Positions 58,584-64,000 of a stretch of DNA of 64,000 nt are shown piece after piece. This DNA comes from an uncultured Verrucomicrobiae bacterium (GTDB lineage Bacteria > Verrucomicrobiota > Verrucomicrobiia > Chthoniobacterales > UBA10450), in assembly GCA_963815455.1 (NCBI GenBank), contig CAWFGO010000003.1:256001-320000 (forward strand), read 5' to 3'. A model generated the notes under the pieces. It ran no database searches, was not told the origin of the DNA, and saw only the letters and a list, made by a program, of their open reading frames with translations. How positions within the stretch are numbered: position 1 is the stretch's first letter; each line of letters starts with the position of its first letter. The position numbers were made by a program, and so were the translations under genes.

Positions 58584-59093
58584 TTATTTCCTGTCACCCT
58601 CCTCTCCTTCGCCCGCATCCTTGTCCCACTGTTCCAAGAACCCGCCGGTAATGCGGTTGATCAGGTCCACCGTAAATCGGTCGCTAAATCCCCCAATAAA
58701 GGCGAGAGCATTCAACCAAAGAAGAGTGTTGAAATCTTTGAGTTCGCCATTTGGTGTGAGTAAATCGGCGCCAACGAGGCGTCCTCCGCCGAGGGCGACA
58801 AAGTAGATAACCGCTCCCATGACCAAGCCGATGATCGGTTTGGCCACCACCCATGTATAGAGCTCAATTCCCGGAGTATTCCGTCGATAAGCCAGCCGAT
58901 AGAGGACAGCGACCATCCCGCCAAGAAAACTCCACTGCAAAACCGCAACGGGGACCCACGCAATAGTGAAAGGTTTCGTGTCCCAAAGCAGGTATGAGAG
59001 CAGTCCCATAATGATCAGCAAGGCTGCCACGTAAACGATCGTAACCCAGAAAAGCTTCTTTTGTTCGTTCATGGGTGCAGTCTCGGCCTCCAT
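58584..59093 (-). CDS. Hypothetical four-TM membrane protein
   Basis: 'FLGG', 'KPIIG', 'AFIGGFSDR' pattern. Confidence 0.65.
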   Translation of the reverse strand: MEAETAPMNEQKKLFWVTIVYVAALLIIMGLLSYLLWDTKPFTIAWVPVAVLQWSFLGGMVAVLYRLAYRRNTPGIELYTWVVAKPIIGLVMGAVIYFVALGGGRLVGADLLTPNGELKDFNTLLWLNALAFIGGFSDRFTVDLINRITGGFLEQWDKDAGEGEEGDRK

Positions 59094-59239
59094 CGACAGT
59101 CTCCTTTGTTTCGGTCGTTTTGGGCAAGACTGACAGACGACTCACATTTTCACGACACAAAAAAATGCCGCCAAACAAACCAAATCGGCCCGCGACGAAA
59201 AGTTGTTTACCCGATAGAAAAAAGGCGTAAGAAAAGAGC

Positions 59240-59506
59240 GTGATCGCAGCATTCTCCGGGTTCCTGGGCGGGCTGATGGCCCTGGCTATCTTCGCCCTGG
59301 TATTGGCGGTGGCCATCGCCTGGATCGCGTTCCCGTTTCTTATGTTGGATCGGTTTAAGAAGCTGCAAACGACTTCGGAAAAGATGCTGGTCGAGATGCA
59401 ATGGGCCAGGCATCACCTGGAAGCGATGCGCAAATACTACGAGGGACCTTCGGGCGACACGCCCGCCTCTACACCGGAACCGAAGCGGGAAAGTCTTTTA
59501 GTTTAA
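59240..59506 (+). CDS. Hypothetical small membrane protein
   Basis: N-terminal TM plus polar tail. Confidence 0.5.
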   Translation: MIAAFSGFLGGLMALAIFALVLAVAIAWIAFPFLMLDRFKKLQTTSEKMLVEMQWARHHLEAMRKYYEGPSGDTPASTPEPKRESLLV

Positions 59507-59557
59507 TCGGAGCCAATGGTGGCATGGGCGATGTGGTCGGGCGACGCGTAGAGCTTC

Positions 59558-59661
59558 TCTTTTTCCTCCCAGCGTGTTTCGCTGCAGTCGCCGCTACACT
59601 GAATCAATCAGGCCGACGAGCATCCAATCCTTAAAGTTGTAGCCGCTGGCGCCGACTGCGG
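59558..59661 (+). repeat. ~104-bp direct repeat, copy 1 (flanks adhesin gene)
   Basis: Matches 62098..62201. Confidence 0.85.
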
Positions 59662-59715
59662 TTGATGATCTTTTTCCTGGCGTGATGATCAGAATCTGCT
59701 TTTCTACCGGAGCAC

Positions 59716-62007
59716 GTGGCCTACCGCTCTCCCCAGAGTCTGTCCATCCTCTTCGCTGCTTTTGTCGCCACCAGTTTGCCAGCGCAAATCTGGACCGGAG
59801 CCGGCAGCGATAACAATTGGACTACGCCGCAGAATTGGGCCGAGGGAATCGCCCCCACTTCCAGTTCGAACACATGGATTCAATTTGTAGGGTCTCCACC
59901 TCGCACGACCCCGTTTACTGATACAAACTTGCCGTGGGTCCTAAACCGTATCGACTTGATTAACTCCAACTACGGACTGTCAGCTCCTTTTACGCTTTCG
60001 GGCAATCAGATTTCCTTCCGAGGCGCAACTCCCAAGATCCTTAATACTGCAACCGCTTCGCCACAGATAATTGTCAATGATATCGACATCCCTGACTCGG
60101 ATTTGACCATCGATAGTTTCGGACATTCCATCACAATAACGGGTCATATTGGCGGACACGGCGGCCTGATTGTGATCGGAGGACTCATCCTTGGCGCACC
60201 CAATGATTACCAAGGTCAAACGACGATCGGTGGAACGAACTTAAACGGAACAATGCTAGGCGGACAAATTTCGATCACAGATGCCAACTCACTGGGAACA
60301 ACGGACGGGGCCGTGGTAGTTAGAGCGGGCTCGTTGCGCTTAAGCGGCGGGATAAATGTTATCGGCAAATTGCTGATTCTGGATGGCGGCGCATTAACTA
60401 GCACTTCTGCGAATAACACATGGAGCGGCGCCATCGCGAACGTGCGTGGCGGCGACATTACTTCAATGGCCGCCGGGGACTCGCTTACTGTGGGTGGTGC
60501 CTTTGATGGTCAAGGCAATGACCTCTACATACGAGGAGCTGGGAGCATCGTGATTTCCGGGCCCATCAACAACTTGAATCAGCGCGGGCTAACTAAGTTT
60601 GGAACCGGCACTCTCACCTTATCCGGTCTGAATTCGAACATTCACCAAATCATCGTCTACGACGGCGCGGTCATCGCGGCACAGGATAATGCGGTTCCAA
60701 GCGACACTTTCATCCAGCTGATTCCCAATACCGGAAACGGCAATATCCCCGCGTATCCGACATTAAAGATCGAGCAAGACACGACGATTAGCGGAATCAG
60801 GAGCTACGCTTCGGGAGGGATAGCCACCGTTCAGCTCGGTCCTCACACCCTAACCAGCAATCAACAAGCATATTCATCTTTCGCCGGAACAATCACCGGT
60901 TCCGGCAGCGTTGTTAAGGAAGGGCCCGGAATCCTTGAACTCAGTGGTCCCAACAATTATTCCGGCGGGACATTTATTAACGACGGTGTCATGAGGTTCG
61001 ATTCGCTGGGAGCGATCGCCGGTTCGGGCGCCAACGTGAAAATAAGCAATGGAGCCATAGTTACCACGTTTGTTTTTGCGATCGATCAGGCTTTTCTCAA
61101 TCGCATCAATCCTTCGTCCATTGGCACGGTGGCTCCTTGTACGAGCAGCAGTAATTCGTTGGACTTCGGCGCCGCTGGGCTAAAGAACGTACGTTTCGGC
61201 GCTTGTGGTTCGGTGGCCTATGGAGGAACTATAACACCGGCAAATTCCGTTTATCGCTTAGGCGGCGCAGGCGGAACCCTGAATTTGACAGCACTGAACG
61301 CATTGAGCGGTGACGCGTCGCTGGAGATCGGGCCGAGCTCGTCGGCTGCGGGAACAGTTATTCTTTCCAACGACAACACACTGACGGGCCCGGTCAGCGT
61401 GAGCGGTGGCCTGCTGCAAGTTAGCTCATCGGCCCTGAAATCCGGACCGATAGGTGTAATGAGCGGCACGACGCTGCATCTGTATACCGGCACGATCAAT
61501 TCTACGACCGTCACGATTGATCCGGGCGGCCTCCTTACCGGCTGCGGAACGATTAACGCGGATGTCGTCAATAACGGGACTGTTTCGGTTAACTGCAGCG
61601 GCGCGCTCAACATTACCGGGAACATTACCAACAACGGTACGATCGGGGTCTACAACGGGTCGACGCTCGTTGCGACCGGTTCTTTTATTAATAATGGCGT
61701 TCTCGATCTTCTCACGAGCCCGCAAACCGTTCTGCCGTCCGATTTCGTCAACAACGGCACAGTTATCGATTCGAGTAATGTCGCGATTCAAACGATCGCT
61801 AATACTGGCAATACGTTTATGGTCACGATTCGATCATTCACTGGTCACAGCTATCAGTTGCAACGAACGGCATCGCTCGCCCCAGCACCCGTGAGTTGGC
61901 AATACGTCGGACCCTCCCAGGCTGGAACCACGGGCCAAATCCTCACCTTTACAGATTCAAACGCAACGGGCTCACAATTGTTCTACAGGGTGCAGCTAGC
62001 TCCATAA
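59716..62007 (+). CDS. Secreted adhesin-like protein with autotransporter-associated beta-strand repeats
   Basis: Signal peptide, 'WTGAGSDNNWTTPQNW', 'KEGPGILELSGPNNYSGGT', C-terminal 'FYRV'. Confidence 0.8.
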   Translation: MAYRSPQSLSILFAAFVATSLPAQIWTGAGSDNNWTTPQNWAEGIAPTSSSNTWIQFVGSPPRTTPFTDTNLPWVLNRIDLINSNYGLSAPFTLSGNQISFRGATPKILNTATASPQIIVNDIDIPDSDLTIDSFGHSITITGHIGGHGGLIVIGGLILGAPNDYQGQTTIGGTNLNGTMLGGQISITDANSLGTTDGAVVVRAGSLRLSGGINVIGKLLILDGGALTSTSANNTWSGAIANVRGGDITSMAAGDSLTVGGAFDGQGNDLYIRGAGSIVISGPINNLNQRGLTKFGTGTLTLSGLNSNIHQIIVYDGAVIAAQDNAVPSDTFIQLIPNTGNGNIPAYPTLKIEQDTTISGIRSYASGGIATVQLGPHTLTSNQQAYSSFAGTITGSGSVVKEGPGILELSGPNNYSGGTFINDGVMRFDSLGAIAGSGANVKISNGAIVTTFVFAIDQAFLNRINPSSIGTVAPCTSSSNSLDFGAAGLKNVRFGACGSVAYGGTITPANSVYRLGGAGGTLNLTALNALSGDASLEIGPSSSAAGTVILSNDNTLTGPVSVSGGLLQVSSSALKSGPIGVMSGTTLHLYTGTINSTTVTIDPGGLLTGCGTINADVVNNGTVSVNCSGALNITGNITNNGTIGVYNGSTLVATGSFINNGVLDLLTSPQTVLPSDFVNNGTVIDSSNVAIQTIANTGNTFMVTIRSFTGHSYQLQRTASLAPAPVSWQYVGPSQAGTTGQILTFTDSNATGSQLFYRVQLAP

Positions 62008-62097
62008 GACTTCGATTTTGTCTTCCTCCGTGTGGGGAAAGAAGCTTTCCTGCCAATCACACAATCACACTCTCTTTTCCAGATTCATCGACTGATT

Positions 62098-62201
62098 TCT
62101 TTTTCCTCTCAGCATTTTTCGCTGGAGTCGCCGCTACACTGAATCAATCAGGGCTGGATAATATCCAATCCCCGAAGCTGTAGCCGCCGGCGCCGACTGC
62201 G
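62098..62201 (+). repeat. ~104-bp direct repeat, copy 2
   Basis: Matches 59558..59661. Confidence 0.85.
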
Positions 62202-62475
62202 GCTCTTCTGTATTTGACGCGCTTTTTCTCATCACGCCTCAAATGTTAAATGTTAAACATTCAACTTTCTCGAGGCAGGACGTACATCCGGCGAGCCTAC
62301 TGAATTGACAGCAATTTTCGACACTTTTTTGTGTGCGGAAATAAGTTCATGCGGCGAGGGCGCCATCACTAACACGCGAGGGGCACGTGCGCTCCCCGGA
62401 TTCTGAAATCTTTGATCTGTCCTTTTTCGCGTCGATTAGCGTGTTTCGCGGGCTCCAATCTCGTGAAGTTCGACC

Positions 62476-62877
62476 TTAATGGTGCCGGCGTCGCTTAACA
62501 TGAAGCTGTGCCAGCGCCTTTTGCAAACTTGCCTGAATGGCGGCGACTTCTTCTTTGCCGTGATCTTCTTTCATGGCCGCTTTGGCGCGTTCGACGGCGG
62601 CTTCGGCGGCGGCGATGTCGATCTTCTCGGCTTCCAATGCCATGTCGGTCAGCACTGAGACACTGTCGGCGTTGATCTCGACGAAGCCTTCACCGACTGC
62701 CATCGATGTTTCGCGGCCGTTTTTGCGGACACGCAGTTCGCCCGGAACTATCGCCGTGAGGAGCGGAACGTGTTTCGGATAGACGCCCATCTCGCCTTCC
62801 GAGCCGGGCAACGTAACCATGTCCACGTCTTCGGAGTAAATCTTTTCCTCGGGCGTGACGATTTCGAGCCTTAGCAT
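62476..62877 (-). CDS. atpC: ATP synthase F1 epsilon subunit
   Basis: 'LEIVTPE', 'GEMGVYPKHVP'. Confidence 0.96.
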   Translation of the reverse strand: MLRLEIVTPEEKIYSEDVDMVTLPGSEGEMGVYPKHVPLLTAIVPGELRVRKNGRETSMAVGEGFVEINADSVSVLTDMALEAEKIDIAAAEAAVERAKAAMKEDHGKEEVAAIQASLQKALAQLHVKRRRHH

Positions 62878-63032
62878 AATTTCGATTTTCGATTTTCGAT
62901 TTTCGATTTAAAAGCAGGCATGCGTGCACGCGCAATGAAATAGAGCGCCACGACGTTTGCTTTGCGAATCCTTAGTCTAAAAGTCATGCAAATTTCGATT
63001 TTCGATTCTGGATTTTCGATCTACAAACAGAA

Positions 63033-64000
<968 letters not shown>

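Overview
GC-rich bacterial chromosome segment. Gene content (PEP-CTERM/VPDSG-like sorted proteins, lpxI, a C-terminal 'FYRV'-type adhesin) suggests Verrucomicrobiota, Chthoniobacterales-like; this is an inference. It contains three tRNAs (fMet, Asn, Ala) and a ~26-kb purine plus reductive pyrimidine catabolism cluster (ade, fused xdhAB, HpcH-like lyase, allB, alc, uraH, uraD, uricase, xdhC, AGXT2-type aminotransferase, NCS1 and CNT transporters, hydA, mmsA, plant-type preA, carbamoylase) interrupted by toxin-antitoxin modules. It also carries obgE, glgA, mntH/mntR, a decaying two-component signalling block next to tRNA-Ala, lpxI, an adhesin-like gene and the end of the atp operon. About ten genes carry single frameshifts or stops, most simply explained by long-read assembly error. 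The most striking unexplained structure is non-coding. (1) Two four-helix-bundle genes are each enclosed by inverted arrays of 7-bp tandem repeats, and gene-less versions of such arrays sit at other operon junctions. (2) Two degenerate tRNA-Asn copies with a remodelled anticodon arm delimit accessory gene cassettes downstream of the real tRNA-Asn. (3) A vapBC module is flanked by a duplication of the hydA 3' end plus a REP-like element. (4) A 140-bp palindromic element is translated in frame inside the XdhA-XdhB linker. (5) At least four families of REP/MITE-like palindromes are present.
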